64,000 nt of DNA from Podospora anserina (GCA_017654855.1 CM030333.1:2976001-3040000); one strand, 5' to 3'; positions 26,411 through 39,150 are shown, counted from the first letter of the stretch. Translations and numbers: made by a program. The notes: generated from the letters alone by a model not told the origin.

Positions 26411-28372
26411 ATGTTCTTTCCCACAGCTCGTGTCTCACAAAGCGCGCTGCCCACTCTTCTTAACCTCACGCTCCGCCAGACCGCTCAGCAAAATATACTA
26501 CTCTCTTCCTTCGCCACACATATTGGTCGTACCAGAGTCTCATTCTCTACATTCTCCCCCTTGCGCACCGCATCCGCGACCGCAACCGCCGAGATGGCTT
26601 CGATCCAGATTCCCACCGTGGCTGCCGGCAGCGAGCGCGTCCCTTTCTCACAGCTCAAGGGTCGCATTGCGCCCCAGCTCCTCCAAAATATCGAGAAGAT
26701 GGGCCTTACACACATGTCCCCAGTGCAAGAAAAGGTCCTGCAGATGTCCAGCCTCAAGAACGACTGCCTCGTACAAGCCAAGACCGGAACCGGCAAGACA
26801 ATCGCTTTCCTGCTCCCCGCCCTCCAAAACATCATGACCGCCCCAGACCTGCAGCGCGAGTTCGTTGCAATCCTCGTCCTCGCCCCCACCCGCGAGCTGG
26901 CCCAGCAGATTGCCGATGAGTGTGACAAGCTCACCGGAAAGTCTTTCGAGTGCCACATTGCCGTAGGCGGCACCTCCAAGAACTCGCTCCTTCGGAGGTT
27001 CCTCAATGGCAAACCCACCATCCTCGTCGCCACCCCCGGCCGCCTCATCGACTACCTCTCCGAAGAAGAAACCAGACACAAACTCACCAAGCTCCGCTGC
27101 GTGGTCCTTGACGAGGCAGACCGCATGCTCGACCAGGGGTTTGCCCCCTCCATCAAGAGAATCTTGCAACAAATCCCCAAGAAGCAAACTGCTGGCTGGC
27201 AAGGCATGTGCTTCTCTGCTACCGTCCCAGACGAGATTCAGCAGTTCCTGCCCTTGGTCCTCAACAAGAAGCACGACCGCATTTCCACCATCGACCCCAA
27301 TGAGACCCCTACCGTCGACAGAATCCCCCAATCCGCCATCCCCATCCCCTCCATCGCCGACGCCCTTCCCGTCTTGCACTCCTACCTCATGACACAAAAG
27401 AAAACCAACCCCGAGCTCAAAGCCGTCATCTTCTGCGGCACCGCCCGCCACGCCGCTTTGCTCTACCACATCTTTGGTCCCACCGGCGGCGCCGCCCCCA
27501 AAGGCCTCTCCTGCTTCCAGATGCACTCCCGTCTTTCCCAACCAGCACGTACACGAACAATCGAAGAGTTCAAGAACGCCGAATCAGGCCTCATGTTTGC
27601 ATCTGATGTCATTGGACGTGGCATGGACTTCCCTGACATTGACCTAGTCATCCAGATGGGCTTCCCTCCCGAAAAAGCACAATACGTCCATCGTGTTGGG
27701 AGAACGGGAAGAGCAGGCAAGTCGGGAGAAGCAACCATGATTTTGACGCCCCAGGAGATGAGGTTTGTGAGAGCGAATAAGGACTTTCCCATCAAGGTTA
27801 CTGAGCCATTGTATGTTTCTCCCCCCCATCTCCCCTGTCCCCTTCTTCTTTACTAAATACTTCTTCAAAGCAACCACCCCGACCTGCCAAAATCGGTTAC
27901 CAAGATTGAGGAAGCTCTCGCCAAGGTGCCGGAGTTGACGAAATTCCAAGCTTATACCGCCTTCCTCGGCTTCAACATCACCGTGGCGAGACAGCTGGGC
28001 CTCCAGCCGCCAGAGATTGTCGGTTTGGCCAACGAGTTTGCCTATGCGATGGGGTACGAGGAGATCCCAGAAGTGGAGGCCAAGATGGTGGGCAAGATGG
28101 GGCTCAAGGGCGTGCCCGGGTTGAGGATCATGGGCAAGGGGGGGGTGAGCAGAGCTGCTCCGGTGCCGAGCGGAAGGACGGGAGGGGGGCGGGCCCAGGG
28201 TGGCCCGGGGAGGATGCAGAGAGGCAAGGTGGCTGATCCCAGGCCGCAAGGGGTGAGTGGAGGCAATAATGGGAGCAGGGCGGACGGCAACAGGAGGGGG
28301 CCGAGAGAGAGCACGGGTGCCAACGCCGAGGAGCCGAGCAGGAAACGGCCCAGGCGTGGTGCCCAGGCGTGA
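26411..28372 (+). CDS. DEAD-box RNA helicase (MSS116/CYT-19-like clade), intron 27811-27870; alternative start 26594
   Basis: Q motif, AKTGTGKT, PTRELA, TPGRL, DEAD, SAT, RGMD, HRVGRTGRAG and a Gly/Arg-rich tail. Confidence 0.92.
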
Positions 28373-28784
28373 ACCTTGTCTGATCACTTGTAGTCTAGAC
28401 ATCAAGATTAGCTGTTGCTGTACTACTCAGACACAGTGTCGCCTCAATTCTTATTCAAACAACAACAGCCACACGATGGCACACGTCGGTAAATAAGCCA
28501 AGTTTTGCACCCATCATGCATGTCGTAAGCTTCCTTGTCCATTTCTCCACATGAGTCTGATAGGAATATGATAAAAGCTATTTGATTCGGGTTCCATCTC
28601 ATCATACACTGCCCTGCTCGCCATCAACTCGAATGTCCGCTTCGCGAAAACCGCAAATGTGCGCCCAGAGAATTCAAAGGTCCCGCCTTGTTGTAACCGT
28701 AAGCCATTGCATTGCGTTCATGAACAAAACAAAAAGAGAAGGGCGAATCCGCCCCGTCCTGTCGGCATCTGGCTCTCTCGACTC

Positions 28785-31610
28785 TCAGCTGAACTCGCCC
28801 AATCTTGGACCAAAGTACTCGCTGTCGGTCAAATTCAGCAGAGTACAAGTCCCTTCGGCGTCGCAACCGGTATTCAACACATCGTTTCCCCACCAGTTCA
28901 CCTGGAAGCCCCACAGCTGCACTGCGAAGAAGGTTACGACACCGCTAATAGCAATGCCGCAACCAAACGCAGCCGAAGTCACATAATTGTACTGTTCACG
29001 CTTCAGTGTCAGCGACCCTGCAACTTTCAATATACCTTGGGCTCTTGGCAACATACCTTTGACCAGAAGGCCAAGTAACGCTTCTTCACAAACAACCACG
29101 AAAATGCACCCACCGGGACAGCAGGCCACATGTAGGCCAAGTTGAGCGGCGCCCAGTTCAGGGCACCGCTCATCATGACCACTGGGTGGACATTGCGGAG
29201 TATGACGCTCTTGGGCCACTTCTTGTTCAAGTACCAAAACAACATGACCGCAAGGAAGCCAAACGGGAATCCCAGCAACGTCATCGAATACTGGCCACCG
29301 ACACCCCAAATCTTTCGTGGACCGACCGTGCCCCAGAAGACAGCTGCCGTGAAGAACGTGTTGACACCTGGGCAGAGGAAGCGGAATGGTGCATCCGGAG
29401 TGCACACATTCTCGATGCGGGTTTGGTATTGCATAATCGCGACGCTGATCAAAGTCGAAACCAGCGTAGGGACCATCTGGGCACAAAAGGTAAACCGGGG
29501 TGGAATCTTGACGTAGTGGGCAAGCTTCAGATCACTGCTGAACGCTATAGCGTGGGCGCAGGTGACATATCCGTACGACTTGAAAAAGCACATGCCAATC
29601 GCGTTGCCCTCCATCCACACACCACCGATGAATTCCGCGATGACGTTCAGCGTGACCTCCACACCAGTCATGCCCGCAATGATACCAATAGGGACGACGA
29701 AGACTAGACATAGGGCGATGCCGTACAACACCACAAATGGTGTCGTGTTCGTCGGCCACAAGGAGACGCCAACCATACCGACGGCGATGGCAAAGGCCAA
29801 GCACGTCATATACCACCATTGTGGGACTTCGGGGTAGGCGCGCATGAGCCGATTATGGATATCAAGAAGGTCCACATCCTCTTCGGTCGACTCTTCGCCG
29901 CGTGCATTTTTGGACCTCAACCTTCGCATGCTGAACTTGGCTCTCTGCCACAACTCATTCAGGCCGAGCTTTATCTCCAGACGGTGGTAGAGAGCGGCAT
30001 AAGTCACCGTCGCAGCGTACAAGGCGAAAAAGAACGTGTACACGACCACGTTGCTTGCAGCCAGGTAAGGAGGCGAGTATGCTTCATACTTCTTGGCGTC
30101 AAAGAGTCCATTGTCATCCACGATAGATCTGACTTTGTAAATGTGGCCGAAGTGGTCGAAAGGCCTGTTTGAGTTGATGGGGAGGTAGGCCGTGTAGTAG
30201 GTGTTGGTGTAGTAAAGGCCAATGATGACGAACATGGACAGGAATGCCCCGAAGAAGTAATTGAAGGTAGAGAAGAAGGGCACCATCAAAGGATCAAGCG
30301 CAAAGACGTTCCAGTCCAAGCTTGGCAGCGGGTTCAGCCCGAGGCCTGTCTGGCCACCCGTGATGCTGGCCAGATGAACATTTTGTGGCGAGATCCAGGT
30401 CATCCAGCTGAAGTAAGTCAGGGCGCCGCAAAGGTAGTTGGGAAGCCAGAAGTAGGCAAACATGGCCCCGCAAAGCCAACAGAAATACTTCATTCGGGAC
30501 ACGGTCCAGCGAGTCTTGAACGGGCCCTCGATGGTCGTCTTCTCCAACTCCTTGTCGTGGAACGCAGAGTTGAGCGCGATGGTCACCAAAGATGTTGGCC
30601 AGACGCAGAAAGCAGGGTAGACCAGAAAACGGCGGCAGATTCCGGCCAGCCCGTACCCGATGAAGTTGGTCGAGAGGCCAATGAGGAGCTGGTAGGCGAT
30701 GCTGCGGGCCCATTCCTGTCCGAAGTATTGGGGGAGAACCTGAATCCAAGCAATGTAGTTGGTATAAGGAACGCTCTTGGCGACGCTGGCCATGATGGTG
30801 ATAAGCATGTGCTCCTTCTTGTTGAAAGGTCCTGGATTCAGGCTGTGACGAACGCCGAAGAGGGTGATTCCCTTGTCGGGGAGCACGCGTGCCAAGAAGG
30901 TGCCAAAGGGGTAGGCCAGCAGCTGGACGACGGTTCCGCTGATACTAACAGCCGGGAGACGAATGTCGAAGAAGGAGTTGATGGAGGAGATGCAGATAGC
31001 AAACAAGACACCTATGCCCCAGGCACGGATGGTTGATACGGGTAGCGATGGGTCATCATGGTTGTCCACGACTGCTCGCACTTCAGTATAGGGTGAATTG
31101 TTGGTCATGAGAGCGGCCTCAATCTTCATCTCTTCAATGAGATGCTCATACTTTTGGGGATTGGCGACCAAGTCGGCCTCGTGCCCTGTCCCGGGGTCAG
31201 TGACTGAGTGGCAGGCCAGGTAGGGTGAGGAAAGAGGCCGTCACGAACCAAGGAACTCGTCAATGTGGTTGATGATCTCGATGGGGAAATTGGGGTCGCT
31301 GGCGTGTTGCTTGTGCACCTTTTTCATCATCTGAGAGCACGCGGTCAGTACAAGCCACGGCGTGAACTGGAGAGTGGGCGTGCGACTTGCGACTTACAGC
31401 GATAGTCTTGTCCAGCGTGAAGGTGGCAGCCAGGTGCTTAGCCTCAAGGAGATCGGACTCGGTCACATTAAACTCGCGCCCCGTCTCCTTCAGGCTCGCG
31501 GGAAGCTGTTCGGAAGAGTTGGTGTCGGAGAGCTTGATCTTTTCGCCCTCAACAGTGGTAGCGAACGTGACAGGCTCCTTGGCCTCGGACATGTCGTTGG
31601 CGGCCGTCAT
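28785..31610 (-). CDS. OPT-family oligopeptide transporter (multi-exon)
   Basis: SPYTEVRAVV..DDP, NPGPFNKKEH, DLKLAHYVKIPPR and YNYVTSAAF motifs. Confidence 0.93.
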
Positions 31611-33159
31611 GGCAGGCAGATACCCGACGCTGAGTAGATTGGTGGACCAGGCAAAGACGAGAAGATGAGGCTAGGTAAAGATGTCTAGGACGGAGGAGTA
31701 GTCGAAGGAGACGAGGCACAACCGTCGTCGGTACGAGGGCCGGGGGTAGGTTGTGATGGCGTGTAGAGGTGAGGTGAAAAGGTGGAACTGACGGGAATGA
31801 GTGAGGTAAGGAGCTTAGAGGGGAGAGTGGAGAGCCAGAGAGAGGGTGAGGAGAGGGTTCCGTAACCGGAGTCGGCCAGAGAGACCTCGTGAGCGCCGGC
31901 GGAAGGAAGCAAGGACGCAACCTAAGATGGGAAGGAAGGAAGGAAGGAAGGGAGCAGGGGAAGAAGGTACTTGTGGCAGGAGCAAGGGAGAGCAAGAGCA
32001 AGTTGTCGCCTGGAACCTGAAGAATGTCGGAGACAGAAGGGACGAGGGGGGCTTATAGGGGAATGGAAACTCACTCATATGGTCGCGTAATCTCTTTCTC
32101 TATCTCCTCTGCGTAGAGACGTAGAGATACGTATCTCTGCCGTATCTCTGCCATATTTCTGCGGTATCACGGTCGGGGCATGGATGGCGACAAACTCTAA
32201 ATTAACCGGTCGTCCGATATTGCTGCCGCCGTTGCCCATTTCTCCTTTCTCTTGCGAGCGCCGGTTGAGATAGTAGATCCTCCGTGCCCCCTTAACTGTG
32301 GCCATCCGTAATCTCCATTCTAAATTCTCCAGTGTCCAAGCTAAGCTTCGGTAGCGCCCTGTCACTCCTTGAACAAGCCTTTCGGCTGTCACCGTTCCCC
32401 GCCATGTCCACAGGCCACAGGCCAACAGTCCACAGATCGCCGCCAATGCAGTTCTAACCAATTGGCATAGACGCCGTTGTCATGATGTGCGATGTGCTCC
32501 CTGCCTTGGCCTGCCTTGGCCTGCCTTACGGCCGGGAGGGGAATCCTTCCCGCGCCCCAGGTACGTGCCGTCCCCTGTTCCAGACCCCAACCCACACTTC
32601 TCCGCTTTTCCCGTCCTCCCCCTCCATCCCCCCATGCTTCAACCTTATCTCGACCTCTGCCTCTGATGGGAGTCTGGACTGTCTCCAGGGGAGGTGGGCT
32701 AATTCAGAGCTTGATTGCCTGGCTCGCGACCGGCCATGCTTGATTGGCCAGACAAAGTGCCGACTGCTCCCCCCCCAAACCCCCCACCACCTTCACGCAC
32801 TTCTTCCGCACACGGGGGCCGCGGCATGAGGTCATGGCAACCGTCTGCACCCAAAAAAACACCATGCTACTTCGATGCCATTGTTTAGCCACCCCTCGCC
32901 GCGAGCGAGAATGGCCAGATCCGCATGCGGCAGCTCCAGTGGCATGCCATCCAGGACAAAGAACACAACTGTTCTGGAATAGGGGATACGGCCACAGACA
33001 AAGGATACAACGCCCTTTGTGTTGGACCTCGAGCAAAGAAGGCCAACATGGAGAAAAGGAAGCAACACCACGACGAGGTACAAGGTGGGTGGCCAGTCTT
33101 GACCAGTCGTCCATCATTCGTTGCTGCAGCGCCGATATTGCGTCTGCGTCGCGTTCAAA

Positions 33160-36100
33160 ATGGCAGCGAAGGAGCTTCCCCGGCATATCCTCGACGATTT
33201 CGGGGACCCGGTGCCGGGTGACTCGAAGAAGTGGCGGGATTATCCGTATGCGAATTTGCAATTGCGCGAAGCAACACAAGGCGTCTACAACGAGCAAAGC
33301 GATGACATCTTCGCCAACAATGGCAACGAAGACGCCGCCGTCATCAACGCCATGTTTGACGCATACAGGACCGTTTTTGACCCAAATCTCGACGAAATTC
33401 CGGCAGCAAACAGAGACCTCTACCATGATGTGGACGAACTGTTCACCGCCGATATTCTAAAGAAGTGCCACGACGGTCTTGTTCTGGGACGAAGGGGAGA
33501 ATATCTGCATGGCGAACACTTGTATGCATTGACAGTCAGGCTGTTGCACTTGGCGCAGAGGGATAGAAACGCCCGCCTAGGTCCAGGAACGGGGAAGCCG
33601 ACAAGCCGCAAACCCGCAGCATGGTATATTTGCCCCAATGAGGCGAGTGTGATGGTTCCGAGCCCAGTGGATCATTCAGAGGCTCAGGCTCAACAGGCCA
33701 TAGACGAGGCGCAGCCCTACTTGAGCAGGCTGATAGACGCAGATTTGCGCTTCCAATATGAGAATGTGGTGGAGAGGTTCAAACAGGCCAAATTTACAGC
33801 CCACTTCGCCAACCGAAACAAGGCTCATTGGATGGCCTTCATCCTCCACAAGCCAAAAGATGCGACGAAGAACTGGACCGCATTTTTCTTCGATTCGTCC
33901 CCACTACCTTTGAATTTACAGGAGCCAGGACAAAAATATGCCAAAAAAGCGTTTGTGAAGTGGCTCGAGATCAACTGCCCACAAGACACACAGCGGGTTA
34001 AAAACGTGTCATATGACGGAGAGAAGCCCAAATCTCCTGGCCCTGCCCTGATATTCCTCGACAGGGACATTTCGACACAAAGCGATAACTGGAGCTGTTC
34101 CCTCCAGTGTATCTTGAATATCTTGGCTTTTATCCGATATGGGTGTTGGGGTTGGGACATGATACCGCATCTGAGAGGCAAATCGAACAGCGAGATGGTA
34201 CAGACTATGATGAAAATTCTCCACAACATCATGGCACTCAAAGTCAACAAGAACAACCTAGCGGATTACAACACCGAGAACACTAAAGGCAAGACGTATC
34301 GTCAGACACCGGTCCTGTTGAACCGAGTAGACCCTGAAGATGAAGAGTGTAAGCAGAGGGCAGAGAAGGAAAAAAGGAAGAAGGAAGATGAGCAGAAGAG
34401 GAGGGAGCAAGCGGAGAGAGACAAAGACGAGCAGAAGAAGAAGGAGTGGGATGACATGATGCGTATATACGATGAGGCGCAGAGTACTTTACGGACGGAA
34501 ACCGACGAGAGGAAAAGAGCGCCGGCTAACCAGGTCGTAGCCGAGTGGCCGAACAAGTTAAAAGCGTGGGGAGCAAAGTGGAACGAGACGACGGTAACAA
34601 GTAATAGCAATGAAACCGAGGAAGTCAAGAGGAAGGAGGCCAAAAGGAAGGAAGCCGCAAGGAAAGAGGCCGAGAAGCAGGAGGCCGAGAAGCAGGCAAC
34701 TGAGAAGCAGGCAACTGAGAAGCAGGCAGCCGAGAGGGAGGCGGCCGAGAAGCAGAAGGCCGAGAAGCAGAAGGCCGAGAAGCAGAAGGCCGAGAAGCAG
34801 AAGACCGATAGACAGGCAGCCGAGAATGCAAACAGAGAGAGCTGGACTTCGGGCAATCCAGACAGTTCAGACGACAACTCGGACGGTCCAGGCGGTGGAG
34901 GCGGTGGACGAAATGGTGGAGGTGGCCGGAGAGATGCGCCTAAACGGAAGCGCAGGGAACACAAGTACCAGGGACCCAACAATACTGACTATCTGAATCT
35001 GGGAGGGGACAGAATCATCAAGCAACTGAGAGACGCCCGTCAGCCTGTATTGGTCGTGGACAAGGATGTGCCTGCAACGGCGCCGGGCTCAGATGGCATA
35101 TACAGACTCTTCGATCGGCTTCTCGACCTGCCTGAGGTTGCGATGTTTCCCACCGAAATCCATAGCAAGTTACCCCCCCATACCTATCCGGGGAACGAAC
35201 GGATGACAAAAGACACATTCAATGCCTTTCGACATTACGAGCAGGCGCTGAGAGATATAAGGAATGGTCAGGCCATCCAAAAGGAAGGGATTGTGCCGCT
35301 GGCTCTGAGGCAGCTGGCTTCTCTGCAGGCCCATGTGCGAACCGGACTCCAAAGTTACTCTCGAGGGCTTTGGTTCATGCTTCCCACCCCGTATGTGCTG
35401 GTCGTCCCCGAGCCTGGGAAGGCCGCTCCCCCTTTGGTACGGTTGGGAGAGTCCAGAGATCGAAATGACGGATTCTATTATTCCCGTGCTGAACACGAGG
35501 CGAGATTCAAAAAGGCGGAATCAACAATTCATTTTGTTTACTGGGAAAAGACCAAGCACTGGGCCGTCATGTTTCGACATCCTGTACATGGACATGCCCT
35601 CTACGACTCTGATGTTACATTTCAAGGCGACCGGCTCTCGACGCGGCTGGAGGAAGCCGATGAGGCCATGAAAGCGTGGCTCGGTCATAACGAGATTGCG
35701 TTCGGCAAGAGCCTCCGGCCTAACCTTGTCAAAACTCGACCTTCTGCTTCCGAGAGCCACTGGGACAGCGGCCTCTTCGCGCTCCTCAACGTGGTCAGTC
35801 GGGTACACTACCGGTGTTATGGCTGGCAGGGGCTGCCCTTACAAGTCTACCCGGAGCATACCAGTATCGCCCTCCGCCGCCGTCAAATCAGGGCCCTCCA
35901 CAACCTTGTCGGTCTCCAAATGAGCGAAGGCATTGATACCACCAGAAACTACAAGTCGCCAACTCAACCGAGGTTTGATTTTGTTGCCCACCCCCACTAT
36001 CCGACCCAGCGCTGGGACGGCAGAAACGAGAGAGACAATGCCATTGCCCTTCTACGGCCGCCCACTGCTTCAACCAAAAAGCCAGACCGACCACAGTACA

Positions 36101-38457
36101 AAGACCGTGGTCAGAATCCCAGACACCTAAAGCGCAAAAAGACCACAGACACAGCGGCCACGCTTGTTCGGGAGATTGGGAAAGGAGAGGGCCATGGTCC
36201 GGATGGGAATCAGCCGAGTCCGGAGACGGCGAGGTCGGGGGCGGAAGAGGTGGACGCCGTGGCGATGAGCCACTTTGATGGCTCGAAGGATAATATGACG
36301 ACACTACCCGAGTCTGAACTGGAAAACGCAAAGCTCCGGGCCGAAAATATCAGGCTTCTGCAAATGATCGCAGCTGACGAGGAGGAGATCGCTCGATTGG
36401 ACGTGATCAACGACGCGTTCAAGAAAGAGGTCGTTGTGCTGCAAGCAGCGCTTGAGACTGAGAATATAAACGTCCTGGATGCAGGCTGGGCGACCGATCG
36501 GGAAAACGAGATATTGAAGAAGACGAGGAAAAAGGCGGTAGAGTCGGTCACGCCCTTTGAGCTGTGGAGAGATAGGGAGTTTGGCCGTCCCGATAACCGA
36601 AAAGCCAAGAAAAAGGGCGAAGAGTACATCCTGTTGTTCGAGCAAGGCTTTGGTGATGTGCTGGACAAGCTCTTGGCCTTGGACGATGATAAGTTGAAGG
36701 CGTCCCTGCGCAGGTTCCGGGCCGAGGTCACCAAGGCAGAACAACCGAATGCTGCTGATGAGGATGTATTCGGAGCCCAGCCAACGGCCAAACCGGAAAG
36801 CAAACCGCAAAAGACACCTCCTGGCTCATATTATGCCACTGATAGAGCGACGGCAGCGACTAGCACAGCGAGTCGTCCAACAACAGCAATAACCTCCCGC
36901 ACCATTCCCGGGTCCAACATGAGGCCAGGTCTACCGACAATTGCGGAGAGTTCTTCCAGCCCTGCCGATGAAAGCCCAACGACAGCAGCCCAACTAAGAG
37001 TGCAAGGTCGACGATCGTCATCGGCTGGGGGTGGCGCAAAGCGTGCCGAAATCTTGGACTTTGAAGAGTGGCTGCTAAGGGGAGGTGCCGTTCTGAGGGC
37101 AGGTGCTCGGCTGAGGGGCGGTCGTCCACTAGGGCAAGTTATGGATGCCGACTACGAACTCAACTGGCGAGCCCGCCGATTAAAGTCGCTCCGGACGTTT
37201 TATGGCGAAATGGAGGCGAAAGACACGGAAAAGGGCGATGACGAAGGCGCTGCGTGGGCGAGAGGTAGAAAGGAAGATTGCGCAGATATGGAGATGTGCT
37301 GGATCGGTTGGAAGCACAAATCCGATGCCTTGCTCGAAGGCGAAAGACAAGCTAGTCTCTTTAGGAGTACGCCCATCGGCGTGGGCGAAAGACCGGACTG
37401 GTTCCCGGATGAGGTTGATGAGGATCTTGACCTTGATCTCTTGGACATGGAGACCAAAGGTAGCTTGAAGACCTACGTCTCGGAGTACCATGAGAGGTTC
37501 AAGGGTTTATTCCGGGTCTCGGGTGATAAGGCACGGCGCGGGTCAGTCAATGACACCGATTCACTGCTAGGCAAGACTGCGGCGGGTCGTCGACTGGGCA
37601 GTAGGACCGCTCATCATGGGGGAGGACCACATGCCACAGCGACTGCTTCACTGGGAGGAGGACGACAGACCATAGTTACTCCTTCTCAGGGAGGGAGACA
37701 ACAGGCTACAATGACTCCTCAAGGGCCACAAGTCGGTGGACGTGTAACGGGAGGGCGACAACCTACAGTAACTCCTCCAGGGCCCTCCGTCGGCGGGCGT
37801 ATAACGGCAGGAAGACGACCTACAGTCACTCCTCAAGGGCCCTCCGTCGGCAGGCGCATAGCGGGACGACAGCCTACACCAACCCCTCCGGGCCCTACTC
37901 AAAGACCACCTGTCGGCACAGCGACAAAAGCCCCGACGCCACCTCACCCTTTTGCGGGTTTCACCCCGACGGCACCAAGAGTAAAACCTGCCGTCCCAGG
38001 TCAGAGCTCCTCAACCGAAGTCTCGGAAGAGGAAGAGGGGAACCAGATCGATACGACGCAGCAGTCCGTCAGCAGCACCACACCCTCAATGCCGCCGCAG
38101 CCGGGGTCTCTACCGCACCTCTCCTTCCGACCTCGCCCGAGGATAGGGGGGATGGTTCAGGGAGGGCGACGGTCGGGGCTCACACCGGATAGGACGGTCC
38201 ATTTTGCGACTGGGGTGACGGTCATGGAGTATGATGATGACCCGAGCACGCCGGTGTACGAGAGGTTTAGTGACGAGGAGGAGGAGGAGGAGGATGCTCC
38301 AGCGCCGCAGCAGATTGCGGGGAGGAAGAGGTCGATCGATGAGACTGGGGAGGTGGTGGATCAAGGGGGGAGGGAGAATCCCAAGAGGCCGAAGCCTACT
38401 GTGGAGGGGGGGTCTTCTGAGTCGGAGGAGTTTTACGGAAACATGGCAGGATATTGA
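33160..38457 (+). CDS. Large (1765 aa) intronless protein with two Ulp1/C48-protease-like domains, charged repeats and a low-complexity tail
   Basis: 5.3-kb open frame. HW..FFDS..Q.DNWSC occurs in domain 1 and HW..YDS..HWDSG in domain 2. Confidence 0.7.
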   Translation: MAAKELPRHILDDFGDPVPGDSKKWRDYPYANLQLREATQGVYNEQSDDIFANNGNEDAAVINAMFDAYRTVFDPNLDEIPAANRDLYHDVDELFTADILKKCHDGLVLGRRGEYLHGEHLYALTVRLLHLAQRDRNARLGPGTGKPTSRKPAAWYICPNEASVMVPSPVDHSEAQAQQAIDEAQPYLSRLIDADLRFQYENVVERFKQAKFTAHFANRNKAHWMAFILHKPKDATKNWTAFFFDSSPLPLNLQEPGQKYAKKAFVKWLEINCPQDTQRVKNVSYDGEKPKSPGPALIFLDRDISTQSDNWSCSLQCILNILAFIRYGCWGWDMIPHLRGKSNSEMVQTMMKILHNIMALKVNKNNLADYNTENTKGKTYRQTPVLLNRVDPEDEECKQRAEKEKRKKEDEQKRREQAERDKDEQKKKEWDDMMRIYDEAQSTLRTETDERKRAPANQVVAEWPNKLKAWGAKWNETTVTSNSNETEEVKRKEAKRKEAARKEAEKQEAEKQATEKQATEKQAAEREAAEKQKAEKQKAEKQKAEKQKTDRQAAENANRESWTSGNPDSSDDNSDGPGGGGGGRNGGGGRRDAPKRKRREHKYQGPNNTDYLNLGGDRIIKQLRDARQPVLVVDKDVPATAPGSDGIYRLFDRLLDLPEVAMFPTEIHSKLPPHTYPGNERMTKDTFNAFRHYEQALRDIRNGQAIQKEGIVPLALRQLASLQAHVRTGLQSYSRGLWFMLPTPYVLVVPEPGKAAPPLVRLGESRDRNDGFYYSRAEHEARFKKAESTIHFVYWEKTKHWAVMFRHPVHGHALYDSDVTFQGDRLSTRLEEADEAMKAWLGHNEIAFGKSLRPNLVKTRPSASESHWDSGLFALLNVVSRVHYRCYGWQGLPLQVYPEHTSIALRRRQIRALHNLVGLQMSEGIDTTRNYKSPTQPRFDFVAHPHYPTQRWDGRNERDNAIALLRPPTASTKKPDRPQYKDRGQNPRHLKRKKTTDTAATLVREIGKGEGHGPDGNQPSPETARSGAEEVDAVAMSHFDGSKDNMTTLPESELENAKLRAENIRLLQMIAADEEEIARLDVINDAFKKEVVVLQAALETENINVLDAGWATDRENEILKKTRKKAVESVTPFELWRDREFGRPDNRKAKKKGEEYILLFEQGFGDVLDKLLALDDDKLKASLRRFRAEVTKAEQPNAADEDVFGAQPTAKPESKPQKTPPGSYYATDRATAATSTASRPTTAITSRTIPGSNMRPGLPTIAESSSSPADESPTTAAQLRVQGRRSSSAGGGAKRAEILDFEEWLLRGGAVLRAGARLRGGRPLGQVMDADYELNWRARRLKSLRTFYGEMEAKDTEKGDDEGAAWARGRKEDCADMEMCWIGWKHKSDALLEGERQASLFRSTPIGVGERPDWFPDEVDEDLDLDLLDMETKGSLKTYVSEYHERFKGLFRVSGDKARRGSVNDTDSLLGKTAAGRRLGSRTAHHGGGPHATATASLGGGRQTIVTPSQGGRQQATMTPQGPQVGGRVTGGRQPTVTPPGPSVGGRITAGRRPTVTPQGPSVGRRIAGRQPTPTPPGPTQRPPVGTATKAPTPPHPFAGFTPTAPRVKPAVPGQSSSTEVSEEEEGNQIDTTQQSVSSTTPSMPPQPGSLPHLSFRPRPRIGGMVQGGRRSGLTPDRTVHFATGVTVMEYDDDPSTPVYERFSDEEEEEEDAPAPQQIAGRKRSIDETGEVVDQGGRENPKRPKPTVEGGSSESEEFYGNMAGY
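34630..34825 (+). repeat. Coding 15-nt tandem repeat encoding (K/R)(Q/E)(E/K/A)(A/T)E pentads
   Basis: Repeated GCCGAGAAGCAGAAG-like units. Confidence 0.85.
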
Positions 38458-38853
38458 TTGTTGGTTTAGTTTGTTTGGATATTTTGTCTTTTGGGAAAAA
38501 AACCGGTTGGGGCTATTCGGACTTTTTCTTGTGTTTGCCGCAGTTTGATTTGTTTAGTATTTTGATAGGGTTTAGCGGGGAAAATGCATTTAGTATCTTT
38601 GCGCGATGGTGACTATTTGAGGTATGTAATGTGACTTGGAACAAGATGATTGTGATTTCTCTCGTTCTCGTCCCCTATAAATCCAGATAGACGGACGGTG
38701 AGTTGCAAACTGGACATTTTCATCACGCACGTGCAGTGGAAGGTTGTCACTGTGGTATTCAGGGGTAAGTAAACAAACATTTATTCAGGAGGTGCCAAGA
38801 TATCTAGCGTGGTGGAGTTGAGAGTGGATCACGGAAAAAAGTAATCGCCAAAA

Positions 38854-38928
38854 ACATACAACACCAGGGATTCCCCAGTGGTCACCCACCTGAGTACTGA
38901 TCTGGCGATACCAGTTTTATCTTTTGAG
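38854..38928 (-). rRNA. 5'-truncated 5S rRNA gene copy (pseudogene)
   Basis: The minus strand reads AGATAAAACTGGTATCGCCAGATCAGTACTCAGGTGGGTGACCACTGGGGAATCCCTGGTGTTGTATGT followed by a T-tract. This resembles the 3' part of ascomycete 5S; the first ~40 nt are absent. Confidence 0.8.
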
Positions 38929-39150
38929 ATATCTACCACCCAAATTTGTGACAGAACGAGGGCTGAAAATGGCCGCGACAGATCTTCATGTTAAGCAATT
39001 AACGGCTGTGCCCGTTTTAAATGGCGTAGCCATAACGTCCAAAACACCGTTATGCTAGCGCCACTACTTTAAATAGATAATTTTAATCCATAATATTTAT
39101 ATGGATTCCCGCCATCATTTCGTTGCGGGTTCACATCAGCTAGCCAACTT

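Noticed and set aside
26485..31036. Long antisense ORFs over the helicase and OPT genes
   Set aside because: These are shadow ORFs caused by GC-rich codon bias of the sense genes.
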